A stretch of DNA of 64,000 nt from Candidatus Berkelbacteria bacterium (GCA_029865605.1 JAOUGE010000001.1:19840-83839), one strand, 5' to 3'. Shown: positions 29,057 through 38,794, counted from the first letter of the stretch. Notes: generated by a model from the letters alone, not told the origin. Program-made: numbers and translations.

Positions 29057-29575
29057 ATGTTGATTGAGTTGAGCAAACTCGAAAATATGCCTGTAGGGGC
29101 GCTGGACGAGGTGGCCTATGTCGGCAAGGTGCGCCGGGCGGTTGTTAACCCGAACGAGATAAAACTCATTGGCTTGACGGTGTGGGTGGGCACGCTTTTC
29201 CCCAGAATGTATGCGGTGTCTTTGCACGATATTGTTGATATTGATAAAGGGGGAGTGGTAGTTAACTCCCGCGAGAACCTACTGGGGGTTGGTGAAGTTG
29301 TTCGAATTGCCGAAATTGTCAAACATAGATTTTCTTTAATCGGACTTAAGGCGAGATCGAGAAAAGGGCAGGGTTTTGGCCGAGTTCAAGATGCAGTGGC
29401 GGATACGACAACGGGGGAAATTTTAAGAATTTATGTTAAAAAATTACTGGGAGATAGCCGGGTTTTTGAAAGATCGCAAATAGAGAAAATCACCTGGCGG
29501 GAAACCGTTCTAAAATGTGAGCCGGAGGAAAAAACTAAGGAAAAAGTGGTTGTTCCGGAAGCGGAATTGGCTTGA
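29057..29575 (+). CDS. PRC-barrel domain protein
   Basis: Two GKV/GRV-D repeats. Confidence 0.7.
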   Translation: MLIELSKLENMPVGALDEVAYVGKVRRAVVNPNEIKLIGLTVWVGTLFPRMYAVSLHDIVDIDKGGVVVNSRENLLGVGEVVRIAEIVKHRFSLIGLKARSRKGQGFGRVQDAVADTTTGEILRIYVKKLLGDSRVFERSQIEKITWRETVLKCEPEEKTKEKVVVPEAELA

Positions 29576-29598
29576 TTCATTTTTATTAAATGAAGATA

Positions 29599-29692
29599 GG
29601 GCGGCTTAAAACCCGCCCATTTTGGCAGGCTAAAGCCTGCCGACCCACGTTAGGATAAGGGGACCTACTTGCGAAGCGTTCCCCCTATCCTA
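29599..29692. repeat. Cluster of REP-like hairpins between convergent genes
   Basis: gggcgg/ccgccc, ggcaggc-taaa-gcctgcc and taggata/tatccta stems. Confidence 0.55.
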
Positions 29693-29865
29693 ACAACCAA
29701 CCCCCTAGCTCGCTCAAAAGTTCAACCTTGCTTTCTGAAAGACACTCTGGACATTCATCCTGTTTATAAATAAAGCAGATATTCAATCCAGCTTCTTTCG
29801 AAGCGCAAGGTTGACTCTTGGGGAAGGAGCTGATTTTGGCTGAAGCAAAATCAGAATCTGTAGTG

Positions 29866-31209
29866 CTAGATCTTGAAATCAGCGATTTTTTTAGATCCAT
29901 TTATTGAGAGATAGTTGTCAGAAACTACTAAGCTGATTTTTTTGATCGTGAATTTGATTGGATTTTTTTCGAGGGATTTGTTGGCTTCTTCTATTCTCGT
30001 TTTTAACAACGGCTCGATATTCTCTGGATCTTCGAAAAATCTGATGACATTAACAGGAAATCTATACCTGCCGTAGTACTTTAATTTACCTGAGCTAGTT
30101 TCTTTTTCTAGCTCTTTTGCCCATATGAGTAATTTATCCGATAGAGTTGCCTGAAAAGCGATCGATGGAACCGGATCTTTTACATCATATTTATTTGATG
30201 GATAGATGCCTGATATTTCAACTTGTTTATCAGTTATTTTTTTGGTGAAACCCCTTACGCAACTTTTAGTTGAAGCAATAAGTGCAGTATTTTCTTTTTC
30301 GAACCTATTGATTTCTTCTTTTGTTGGGGAAACCGCTTTTTTTACTTGTTCGAAGTCAATTAGTGAGAAATGGATAGTTGAGTCGGGATATACATAGATA
30401 GGCCTTTCTCTAAGGACAGTAGAAGAGCTTAACCAGTCGAGCATAGAGGCTGTTAAATTATTGATCCTACCTAAAGCGCCTTTATCTTGCAGCCCAATAA
30501 TTACTGATATCGTCAAATGAAGTTTGTCTGGATGTGTTTCTTGTATGAACACCCGATTTGGGATGGATTTTATTTTGCTTGCTAAGAACTTTTCTAGTTT
30601 ATTAGCATCATTGTATTTAATAAACCTTCTCTGAATTGCTTTTAGCTCGTTGGAAGCTACCGTCAGATGTCTGTAGAAAAATATTATTAAAGATATCCAA
30701 ATAACAAAAAAATAGATAAATCTATCTTGGTGGTAAGCTGCATGTGTTTGTACTAAATATACTATTAGTCCAAAAAATCCTATAGAGAGCGAAACAATTG
30801 CGAGGGATGATGTCATTGCAGATGTCGACCTTCGTCTTGAATAATCAAGGATGCCTTTAGTGTCAACGCCTTTGTTTATTTCTCTCCAAAGGCAGCCATG
30901 CCAGAACGTATCGTGCAGGTTTTGCCTTTTTGTTGGCTGACAAAAGTGTTCCCACCAAGCCTTCAACCGCTTATTACTATAGAGATCTCTTGATGCGTCA
31001 ATACTTTTGAAACCAAAGAATATTCTCCATACTGCAATTACGATCTGCGAGATAAATGGTCCAAATAAGATAGCTGCTGCTCCTAGTCCAACATATAGAT
31101 TATGATATTTTAGAACCTCTTCTTTATTGAGTACATACAATGAACCAATTACCATAAATGCCAGTATCGAAGCTGGTAAGCTAATTATTGGTATAGGTTC
31201 TTTTTCCAT
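29866..31209 (-). CDS. AT-rich membrane protein with a C-terminal 2H-phosphoesterase-like domain
   Basis: About four TM helices; YVYPDSTIHFSL, VIRF and ISLVVSDNY. Confidence 0.6.
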   Translation of the reverse strand: MEKEPIPIISLPASILAFMVIGSLYVLNKEEVLKYHNLYVGLGAAAILFGPFISQIVIAVWRIFFGFKSIDASRDLYSNKRLKAWWEHFCQPTKRQNLHDTFWHGCLWREINKGVDTKGILDYSRRRSTSAMTSSLAIVSLSIGFFGLIVYLVQTHAAYHQDRFIYFFVIWISLIIFFYRHLTVASNELKAIQRRFIKYNDANKLEKFLASKIKSIPNRVFIQETHPDKLHLTISVIIGLQDKGALGRINNLTASMLDWLSSSTVLRERPIYVYPDSTIHFSLIDFEQVKKAVSPTKEEINRFEKENTALIASTKSCVRGFTKKITDKQVEISGIYPSNKYDVKDPVPSIAFQATLSDKLLIWAKELEKETSSGKLKYYGRYRFPVNVIRFFEDPENIEPLLKTRIEEANKSLEKNPIKFTIKKISLVVSDNYLSINGSKKIADFKI

Positions 31210-31254
31210 ACCTAAAAAGTGCCATCAATTCGAAAAATGTCAAATTTCTAGAGT

Positions 31255-31292
31255 GGACTAAAAAATAAAACCAAAAGGCCCCAGACCGGTTA
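31255..31292 (+). repeat. Direct repeat, copy A (overlaps a terminator)
   Basis: ggactaaaaaataaaaccaaaaggccccagaccggtta, matching 33013-33049. Confidence 0.7.
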
Positions 31293-31304
31293 GGGTTTGG
31301 GGCC
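31273..31304 (-). terminator. Intrinsic terminator of the GC-rich gene pair
   Basis: Minus strand reads ggccccaaacc-loop-ggtctggggcc-tttt. Confidence 0.7.
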
Positions 31305-31342
31305 ATGGGCATCCCTCCTTTGGGACAACAGGCGAACGGGTA

Positions 31343-31681
31343 CTACTTGGCGCGCCGGGGACGGCACTTGGCGCGTTGTGGCGGGTGTTTGTGGCGGGGC
31401 CACTTTACTGCTGGGTTGGCGGTGTCGAAAATGTCTGCGACGCTCGTGAAGAGTGCAAGAGCATTGCGCTCTTCGGTAATCAGACCAATTAGGTCCGATT
31501 TCGCAGGGCATTCCGCAAGCACTTTTACATGCTCTACTGCAATCCCTTTCAGGGCTTGTCCGATGGCCTCTGCCACTATCGATCGATGCTCAGGAGGAAT
31601 GTTTTTCAGCACTCCTCCCACGATCGTCTGCTCGCGCAGCCATTCCGCTTGGATCTCGCGGAACTCCGTCACGGATTTCAC
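31343..31681 (-). CDS. GC-rich hypothetical protein with a basic C-terminal tail
   Basis: SD aggaggtg; GTGA overlap with the upstream gene. Confidence 0.65.
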   Translation of the reverse strand: MKSVTEFREIQAEWLREQTIVGGVLKNIPPEHRSIVAEAIGQALKGIAVEHVKVLAECPAKSDLIGLITEERNALALFTSVADIFDTANPAVKWPRHKHPPQRAKCRPRRAK

Positions 31682-32082
31682 CTCCTTCCTTTCCTGCGTT
31701 TCACGGCGGTCTTCTCCTTATCGCATTTCCCGCACGGGCACTTCCCTAGCCGCCAACCGTTTTCTGCCAGTAGGGCAGAGAAGCGCTCTGTTCCTAGATG
31801 GCGCTGGATACTTCGAAAGACGGTAGGGGGAAGATATCCGATCTGTTGTACATCGATATCTTCCAGGCAGGTCGTAGCGGCTTTCGCGACGAGCTCGACA
31901 TCTTGAGGGTCGGAAGGAGTATTGCTGTTCTCGTTTAGAGCGAGCACGGCGATTAGCCCCTTTAACGCCTCCCGCCGGGGTTCATTTCCCACAAGGGCTT
32001 CGAAGATCGCGCCGCAGATATCGGCGGCGAATACGTAACCGGTGATAGCCCTTCCTAACCCTTCTATCCAGGTGCATTTCAC
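31678..32082 (-). CDS. GC-rich hypothetical protein (CxCxxC, basic tail)
   Basis: GTG start after SD ggaaggggg; promoter TTGACA(32158-63)-N17-CATAAT. Confidence 0.65.
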   Translation of the reverse strand: MKCTWIEGLGRAITGYVFAADICGAIFEALVGNEPRREALKGLIAVLALNENSNTPSDPQDVELVAKAATTCLEDIDVQQIGYLPPTVFRSIQRHLGTERFSALLAENGWRLGKCPCGKCDKEKTAVKRRKGRR

Positions 32083-32261
32083 TGATTTTCCCCCTTCCGT
32101 TGTGTCAAACAGCGCCTCATATTGAGGTCGCGTCATTATGGCATAAGAGGCATAAAATGTCAAGTATAGCATACATATAAAAGCATATGATAAACCCGTA
32201 AAATGATAAATATTGACAAATTGTCGTAAATAAGATACAATATTAAGCAAATGAAAAGCAA

Positions 32262-33026
32262 ATGAAAAACAAAGAAAAATATATTGATTCTTTTATTAGC
32301 CTAGGCCTCAAAAAACAGGAGGCAGAGGTTTATTTTGCCCTTCTTCAGCTTGGACGATCTACAGTGGGAAAAATTAGCCGACTTTCAGGTGTACAGCGAA
32401 CTTTTATTTATGATATTTTGGACGATTTATCCATTAAAGGATTAGTTACTTCGATAGAATCGGAAGGAATTAAAAGATTTTCTCCTATTCCGATAGAACA
32501 GTTTAGAAAAAGACAACTTGCGAAATTGGAGAATTTTGAGGAAATTTTACCCGAATTGAAAGCTCTGATTAAGACGACTGGAGAACGTCCCAAAGTACAA
32601 TTTTTTGAAGGCATCGAAGGTTTTATTATTGCTCAAGACGACACTCTGAATATGCCTAGAGGCAGTGAGATTTGCGCTTACTATACAGGTGAAGGGCTCT
32701 ACGAGGAACATCCAGAAATTCCCACGCGCTATGTGGGGGAGAGAGTAAAAAGGAGAATAAGCGTCCGAGCTATTTCTACAGATACACCCGCTACTCTTAA
32801 ATGGACCCAGCAGGATAAAGAGCAACTGCGGGAGAGCCGGATTGTATCTGCGGACAAATTTCCCTTTGCTAACGAGATCAACATTTATGGTAATAAAATT
32901 AGTATCTTATCGCTTCAAGGAGAAATTTTGGCTGTTGTAATTGAATCAGAAAGCATTGCTAAGACCCAAAAGGCGATTTTTGAGCTGGCGTGGGAAGGCG
33001 CGGAAAAATACAGGACTAAAAAATAA
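32262..33026 (+). CDS. TrmB-family transcriptional regulator
   Basis: LG...EAEVY..LL, RTFIYDIL, KVQFFEG, EINIYGNKI; promoter TTGACA(32213)-N17-TACAAT. Confidence 0.9.
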   Translation: MKNKEKYIDSFISLGLKKQEAEVYFALLQLGRSTVGKISRLSGVQRTFIYDILDDLSIKGLVTSIESEGIKRFSPIPIEQFRKRQLAKLENFEEILPELKALIKTTGERPKVQFFEGIEGFIIAQDDTLNMPRGSEICAYYTGEGLYEEHPEIPTRYVGERVKRRISVRAISTDTPATLKWTQQDKEQLRESRIVSADKFPFANEINIYGNKISILSLQGEILAVVIESESIAKTQKAIFELAWEGAEKYRTKK

Positions 33027-33049
33027 AAACAAAAGGGACCAGACCGGTT
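33013..33049 (+). repeat. Direct repeat, copy B
   Basis: ggactaaaaaataaaaacaaagggaccagaccggtta. Confidence 0.7.
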
Positions 33050-34760
33050 AAATCACACTTTTCTGATAGCAGGTTTCGCAGTACACTTTTTCGGTTCTAT
33101 CGGGGGCGTAGGTGGTTTCGAACTCGTTTTTGCATGGGCCGGAGTGGTCGTGGTCTGTCTCTTCGCACATACACTGCCTGTGCCACAGTTTGCGCGGGTT
33201 GCGCAGCGAGAATAGGCCTTTGAATCTTTCTTCCCAGTGTTTTTTCGGTATCGGGATAGAATTTGCCATATAAAAGGCTAATTCCTGCGGCATAATCTTA
33301 AAGGGTTTGCCCGTTGTCTCGCACTTTAATATTCCCTTGAGGAGCTTCTCTCTTTCCTCCTCGTTTTCAACATAATTTTTAATATCTTTCGGCTCATAAA
33401 AAGGCCCATCGTATTTGATGTCGTAGTCATTATCTTGCCATTTGCTGCCGAGCTTTTTTGCTTCGTCTTTCTCGAGCGGGTAATAATTCATTGCCACCGT
33501 TTCGTTGTAGCCGAAAGGGCTCATTGAAATCGGAAAAAATTCTCCCCACTCCCCACGCTCGATCATCTTCTCGATTATTTGAGGCACTAGCTTTTCGTAT
33601 CCTTCTTTTGTGTATTGCTTATTCAAGATGCAATATTCTTTATGGTTTCGAAGATCGATGCAGCCGAAACAGTTTGAGACGCTATTAAGACACTCAAAGG
33701 AATAATAAACGTTTTTAATGTCGAGACACGAAACTATAAAGGCACTATTATAATGCTCCTCTCCGCAAACCGATTGGTAGGTGAGCTCGTTAGTGGCAGA
33801 AATATTAATGTCTTGGCTGTCGCGCACTTTTATATCGTCGAAAACATACTTAGCATTTTCGGCGTCTTCTAAACTGAAAACGTACTTACAGTTTTTGCAA
33901 AATTTTATCTTATCGCCGAGCGAATTTTCGCAATTGTGCTGTTCGGTTGGTTTGACTGGTAAGGCAATCATCTTTTGCCTGATCTCGAGCAGTTTCCCCA
34001 AATTCCAATCTTTGAATTCTTTGACAAATTTTTCGAATTCTTCTTTTGTTTTCTGCTCGTTGAGGATGCAGTAACTCTTATTGCGCAGGTTTTTGCATCC
34101 AAAACAGTTGTTGCAGCCGATTAGGTTCTCGGAAAAATAGCACTCCGAGGTGTTGACGCAGTTGATTAAGAATTTTGAACGGTTTGATTTTCGGCAGTCG
34201 AGGCATCCATAGAGATACTCGCAGTCAATAACAAATAGGGAGTCAACGCAATCTTTCGCGCGATAAGCCCAATTGCAGTAATAACAGTTCTCGCAGTATC
34301 TTGAGGCAAAGCACATATAAGAGTTTTTGCTGTTGCCAAAATAGTTGCCGTATTCGGAGTTCTCGTTCTCTACCTGCACGGCGGCCATGCGAGGAACTTT
34401 TTTGAGAATTTCATTGACCTGTTCTAAAAACGGCCTTGTCGGGTTATAGTCCTGGCCGTAATCAGTCGCGTCCCATTTGTCAGACCACCAGCAATCATAG
34501 CAATAGACGTTATATTCCTTGTCCGGCGAGTAGATGCTGATAATGTCTTTCTGGCAGGAGTTGCATTTTCTCTTATAGAGCTTCTGCTCGTTTCTGAAGG
34601 CGAGCCGATTTTGCTCGCGGCAATGGGGACACAAATTGGGCGGGGGAATGTCAAAAGTTTTTCCACCAAAAACAGGGGAGATTTTTTTGTAAAAGGCCAG
34701 ATCAGTGTCTGTTATCTCGAATTTAGCGCTGCAAACTTTGCAGGTTTTTGTAATTGCCAT
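33048..34760 (-). CDS. Cys-rich zinc-ribbon/repeat protein of a CPR-typical family, function unknown
   Basis: Many CxxC motifs, CFGC.NL, YCILNKQYTKE, EWGEFFP..SPFGYNET, VYCETCYQ. Confidence 0.85.
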   Translation of the reverse strand: MAITKTCKVCSAKFEITDTDLAFYKKISPVFGGKTFDIPPPNLCPHCREQNRLAFRNEQKLYKRKCNSCQKDIISIYSPDKEYNVYCYDCWWSDKWDATDYGQDYNPTRPFLEQVNEILKKVPRMAAVQVENENSEYGNYFGNSKNSYMCFASRYCENCYYCNWAYRAKDCVDSLFVIDCEYLYGCLDCRKSNRSKFLINCVNTSECYFSENLIGCNNCFGCKNLRNKSYCILNEQKTKEEFEKFVKEFKDWNLGKLLEIRQKMIALPVKPTEQHNCENSLGDKIKFCKNCKYVFSLEDAENAKYVFDDIKVRDSQDINISATNELTYQSVCGEEHYNSAFIVSCLDIKNVYYSFECLNSVSNCFGCIDLRNHKEYCILNKQYTKEGYEKLVPQIIEKMIERGEWGEFFPISMSPFGYNETVAMNYYPLEKDEAKKLGSKWQDNDYDIKYDGPFYEPKDIKNYVENEEEREKLLKGILKCETTGKPFKIMPQELAFYMANSIPIPKKHWEERFKGLFSLRNPRKLWHRQCMCEETDHDHSGPCKNEFETTYAPDRTEKVYCETCYQKSVI

Positions 34761-34809
34761 AATAATTTTGTTTAAATATTAATCCATATAATAACCTAAA
34801 TCAATCATA

Positions 34810-34847
34810 TGTCAAAGTGTTGACACAGTTCGACAACAATATAGAAT
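34810..34847. promoter_or_regulatory. Back-to-back divergent promoters
   Basis: TGTCAA-agtg-TTGACA; plus-strand -10 TAGAAT lies 6 nt before the ATG. Confidence 0.65.
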
Positions 34848-34853
34848 AGAAAC

Positions 34854-35591
34854 ATGGAAATTTTGAGCGAGAAAGAAAAGAAGGTTTTGAGCGGGTTATA
34901 TGAGCTCTCAAGAGCGACGGTTTGGGATTTAAGTAAAGAGGTTGGGATAAATCGAACTACGCTCTACCCTATTTTGGAGAAACTGCTCGAGCGGGGTTTA
35001 GTTTCGAAATTGTCGGTTGAGGGACACACGGTTTATGAGCCGATTTTATACAAAGATTTTAAGCGATGGATTAGCCGCGAGAGAAAAAAAGCAAAAGATG
35101 CGGCGAATGATCTTCTCAGGTGGGTTGATGCACAAGAAAAAAATAGCGCGCCGGCGCTTTTATCTGATTTTAAATATTTTGAGGGGCACGGCGGGGTTGA
35201 GGCGCTTTATGCTGATAGCTGGCGAGAAAATAAGGGCAAAATTATCTATTGCATAACAGATTATAAAGCGGCCCTCACGACGATGGGAGATTTTTTTAAC
35301 AACGAATATTTTCCTGATCGGGTTTCTCGCGGCGTGTGCGTCAAAAACCTAGTGCCGGAGTCGGCTCTCGGCCGCAGCGAGCTAAAACGCAAAAAAGAAC
35401 TTCTGCGCGAGGTGAAATTTATTGATATTTTTGAGGATTTGGGGATCGAAGTAAATATCTATGACGATAAGATCTCCATCGTTGCTTATGATAAAAAGTT
35501 GCCCTCGGGCGTTTTAATTAAAAATGCGAAGATAGCAGAGGCATTGAGGAAAATATTCGAGTATTTGTGGAGAGAGAATAAGCGGAGTTAA
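34854..35591 (+). CDS. TrmB-family transcriptional regulator
   Basis: INRTTLYPILEKL, KYFEG, EVNIYDDKI. Confidence 0.9.
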   Translation: MEILSEKEKKVLSGLYELSRATVWDLSKEVGINRTTLYPILEKLLERGLVSKLSVEGHTVYEPILYKDFKRWISRERKKAKDAANDLLRWVDAQEKNSAPALLSDFKYFEGHGGVEALYADSWRENKGKIIYCITDYKAALTTMGDFFNNEYFPDRVSRGVCVKNLVPESALGRSELKRKKELLREVKFIDIFEDLGIEVNIYDDKISIVAYDKKLPSGVLIKNAKIAEALRKIFEYLWRENKRS

Positions 35592-35863
35592 TCTAGAACA
35601 ATTTTTATCGCTTTGCCTTCAATGATTGCTCTGGAAATTTTACGGTAGGCAGAATGTAAGATGCGCTGAAAAGTGCTTTGGGAAATTTTCATTTTTTTTG
35701 CCGCTTCGATCTGATCCAGATTTTCAATGTTTTTCAACCTTATTGCTTCAGCTTCGTCGGCTGAAATTTCAATAATATCCAAAAAACGCAAAGGGATACC
35801 TTGCGGCTTAAAAAAATAAGCATTGTGCTTAAATCTGATAAATCGGCATTTTCTTGGTCTCAT
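35588..35863 (-). CDS. DUF134 DNA-binding protein
   Basis: RPRKCR..FKPQG..EAEAIRL..AAKKMKISQSTFQR. Confidence 0.9.
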   Translation of the reverse strand: MRPRKCRFIRFKHNAYFFKPQGIPLRFLDIIEISADEAEAIRLKNIENLDQIEAAKKMKISQSTFQRILHSAYRKISRAIIEGKAIKIVLD

Positions 35864-35886
35864 TTTTTGTTATAATCTTAGTGCGG

Positions 35887-35929
35887 GGTGCCCCGACTTC
35901 CGACGTAACAGTCGGAATGTCGGGGCGCC
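35887..35929. repeat. REP-like hairpin
   Basis: ggtgccccgacttccgac-gtaaca-gtcggaatgtcggggcgcc. Confidence 0.65.
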
Positions 35930-35931
35930 TT

Positions 35932-36183
35932 TTAGTTGCTTTTCAGCTCGTCAACTCTCTCGCGGACAGCCTTGAGATCCGCCTCAAGATCTTTTGCTTC
36001 ATCTTTAAGGCTTTCTAGCTCCTCGGATCGAGTCAAGTACATCCTTGGGCTATTTCCCGCTTGGCCCCAAATCCAGGGACAGGAGCGACCAAAGCCACGC
36101 CTGAATCCCGCGCCGCAGGGGCCGAGGCCTCGGCCAGTCCCCGCGCCCATTCCCATAGGGCCAGTTCCATCAAATCTTGGCAT
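35932..36183 (-). CDS. DUF5320 family protein
   Basis: MPRFDGTGPMGMGAGTGRGLGPCG plus a C-terminal coiled coil. Confidence 0.85.
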   Translation of the reverse strand: MPRFDGTGPMGMGAGTGRGLGPCGAGFRRGFGRSCPWIWGQAGNSPRMYLTRSEELESLKDEAKDLEADLKAVRERVDELKSN

Positions 36184-36330
36184 TTCGTTCACCCCCGATC
36201 TTAATTTAGCTTGTATTATGAATATATATGCAAAATGGGGATTTGTCAAGAGGGTACTTCTCGCAGACGTTAGAAATGACATATTGGAGAAATTGTTTGA
36301 GAAATTGCTCAAACCTGTTAGGATTACCTT

Positions 36331-36906
36331 GTGCAACAGGCTTTTATTATTTTAAGTAGTGTTTCGATCTTGGCGGCTTATTTTATTTATGAGTGGTCAA
36401 TTGTAACAGGGAGAACGCGCCCTCATCGGACGACTAGATTTGTTATTTTTATCGTTGCGGCGCTTGGCGCAACGTCGCTTTTTGCCGGACAGGATCGGGT
36501 GGCAGTTTGGCTTTTGGGAATTTGCGCCATCCAATCGCTAGTTGTCTTTCTCATGTCGTTTAAATGGGGGATGGGCGGTTGGGCCAAGACGGATATTTTG
36601 TGTCTGGCGATTGCTCTTTTGGGGATTATTGTATGGCAGCTGACGGACAATCCCGCCCTTGGCCTTTATGCTGCGATCACGGCTGATTTTGCCGGGATGG
36701 TACCGGCGTTGATTAAGACTTATCGCCTGCCTCACACCGAGTATTGGCTTTCTTACATCTTTGATGTTGTAGCGGCTGGATTTACGCTTCTGGCGATCCA
36801 AAAGTGGGAGCTGCAGGGTTTTTCTTACCCGCTTTATATCCTAGTTATTAATATTGTGATGTTGATTTTGATTTTTCGTCCCAAACTTCTTCCCAAACCC
36901 GCCTGA
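36331..36906 (+). CDS. Integral membrane protein
   Basis: About 6-7 TM helices; GRTRPH, KTYRLPHTE. Confidence 0.8.
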   Translation: MQQAFIILSSVSILAAYFIYEWSIVTGRTRPHRTTRFVIFIVAALGATSLFAGQDRVAVWLLGICAIQSLVVFLMSFKWGMGGWAKTDILCLAIALLGIIVWQLTDNPALGLYAAITADFAGMVPALIKTYRLPHTEYWLSYIFDVVAAGFTLLAIQKWELQGFSYPLYILVINIVMLILIFRPKLLPKPA

Positions 36907-36957
36907 ACCTGATATTATTTGCCTGTCGTAGAACCCTACAGGAAGGAGGCCGGCGAG

Positions 36958-37626
36958 ATGCGGCCTTACATCAACGACTTGCTTTGCTCGCTGAAAGGTA
37001 GCTGGGTGGGTAAGATCGTTGCGTGCGTGTTGTATCCGCTGATGTATTGGCCGTTATTCGTCGGCCAGTATGTCAATGCGCTGATCTGTGAGCGTTTGGT
37101 GAACGCGTGGCCGCGGATCGGCGGGGTTGGGCTGTACAAGACCGCAGCAGAGTTGACGCGCGAGTTGGTCGCAAATGGACGTTTCACGACAGTCGTTCTC
37201 GGCGGCAACGAGGCCGAGCAGAAGCAGTTCCTAGCTGAATACCGGCCGGAATGGCTCACGAGTCTTGATGTATCGGATGGGACGTACCCCCAGGTGAGAG
37301 GGGTCGTCGATTACGCCGAGCAGTATGGCTTGCCTGCGATCTGTATTATCACGCACGAATCGCTTCTAACCAGAGCGGCTCTGACCGTGGTGAAACAGCT
37401 CAAAGAACGCGAGATGCGTCTGCCGGTATACTGCGAGGCGTACCTCGATCTATCTCGGCTTGAGCTGAAGTGGTATGAGGTAACGCTGGCCTCGGCGAAT
37501 GAAGCCTTGAGCCTCTTGCGCTATCAGAGGAGAGGCCACGTTGCCACGCATCGAGAAACGCTGGAGTATCTCCGGGACGTCTCCTGGGAGGAACGGCCGG
37601 GAGGAGTCCTGTTTGTCATCGTGTAG
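36958..37626 (+). CDS. GC-rich protein, possibly a degenerate YdcF/DUF218
   Basis: SD aggaaggagg; VLGGNEAE, ITHESLLTRA, NEALSLLRY; downstream hairpin. Confidence 0.6.
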   Translation: MRPYINDLLCSLKGSWVGKIVACVLYPLMYWPLFVGQYVNALICERLVNAWPRIGGVGLYKTAAELTRELVANGRFTTVVLGGNEAEQKQFLAEYRPEWLTSLDVSDGTYPQVRGVVDYAEQYGLPAICIITHESLLTRAALTVVKQLKEREMRLPVYCEAYLDLSRLELKWYEVTLASANEALSLLRYQRRGHVATHRETLEYLRDVSWEERPGGVLFVIV

Positions 37627-37687
37627 AGTCAGCGATACCCACGGGCGGGAAAGGGGGCCGCCCGATGTATTTATAAAAAGGATTGAA

Positions 37688-38779
37688 ATGTCATTGTCAA
37701 TCGGTATTGTTGGGCTTCCGAACGTTGGAAAATCAACGCTTTTTAATGCACTTTTGAAGTCACCTCTGGCGCGGGTGGCGAATTTTGCTTTTACAACGGT
37801 TGAACCGAATATCGGGGTGGTCGAGGTGCCGGATGAGCGGGTAGAAAAATTGGCCGAAGTGGAAGGAAGCGCTAAAGTCACACCGGCGACAGTGAGGTTT
37901 GTTGACATTGCGGGATTAATTGCCGGAGCGCATAGAGGCGAGGGATTGGGGAACAAGTTTTTGGCCCATATCCGTGAGGTTGATGCGATCGCGATGGTGG
38001 TGAGGACTTTTGAGCATAAGGATGTTGCTCATGTTTCGGGCAAGATCTCGCCTAAAGATGATATCGAGACGATTTTGACCGAGCTCGTGTTGGCCGATAT
38101 GGAAACTTTGCAAAAGAGACTAGGCGTGGCCGAAAAAGATGCTAAATCGGGTGACAAGACCGCTCGAAAACAAGCTGAAATTTACAAAAGAATTGCTGCA
38201 ATGTTTGACAAGAATAAACCGGCGATTGAGGCAAAGCTTGATGACAAGGAGAGAGAATTGATCGGCGAGTCCGGTTTTCTAACTTTAAAACCATTTTTAT
38301 ATGTTTTTAACGTCGGCGAGGAGGGGGCAACACAGGCGCCGGAGGATTTAGTGGAGGAGTATGAGCTTGAGGTAAAATCAGAGCAGGTGGTGGTGATTTC
38401 GGCGAAAATCGAGTCGGAGCTCTCTGACTTGTGCGAGGGGGACCGCTGCGAATATTTAAAAGAATTGGGGCTTGATGAGCCGTCTTTAAACAAACTAATT
38501 CGCTCTGCCTATAAAACCCTCGGGCTAGTTTCATTTTTCGTCGTCAATCAAAATGAGGCGCGAGCCGAAACGGTAAGAGATGGTGCCACGACACCCGTGG
38601 CGGCGGGCAAGATTCACAGCGATTTTGAGGACAAATTTATTAAAGCGGAAGTGACGCGAGCGGATGATTTTATAAAATATGGCGGCTGGAAAGGGGCACA
38701 TGAAGCTGGCCGAACTCGTTTTGAGGGCAAGGACTCTGTGGTACAAGAAGGGGACGTGATGTTTTTCCACCATAGGTAG
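37688..38779 (+). CDS. ychF: Redox-regulated ATPase YchF
   Basis: GIVGLPNVGKSTLFNA, FVDIAGL, GEGLGNKFL, AGKIHSDF. Confidence 0.95.
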   Translation: MSLSIGIVGLPNVGKSTLFNALLKSPLARVANFAFTTVEPNIGVVEVPDERVEKLAEVEGSAKVTPATVRFVDIAGLIAGAHRGEGLGNKFLAHIREVDAIAMVVRTFEHKDVAHVSGKISPKDDIETILTELVLADMETLQKRLGVAEKDAKSGDKTARKQAEIYKRIAAMFDKNKPAIEAKLDDKERELIGESGFLTLKPFLYVFNVGEEGATQAPEDLVEEYELEVKSEQVVVISAKIESELSDLCEGDRCEYLKELGLDEPSLNKLIRSAYKTLGLVSFFVVNQNEARAETVRDGATTPVAAGKIHSDFEDKFIKAEVTRADDFIKYGGWKGAHEAGRTRFEGKDSVVQEGDVMFFHHR

Positions 38780-38794
38780 CTTATAAATTGGTTA

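Noticed and set aside
29685-29900. 71-aa ORF
   Set aside because: Overlaps a gene end and hairpins; no SD or recognisable motif.
32083-32250. N-terminal 56 aa of ORF 31678-32250
   Set aside because: Spans the divergent promoter region; GTG at 32082 has an SD.
36903-36913. ctgaacctgat also present at 39181 near another GC-rich gene
   Set aside because: Only 11 bp, and in opposite orientation relative to the genes; could be chance.
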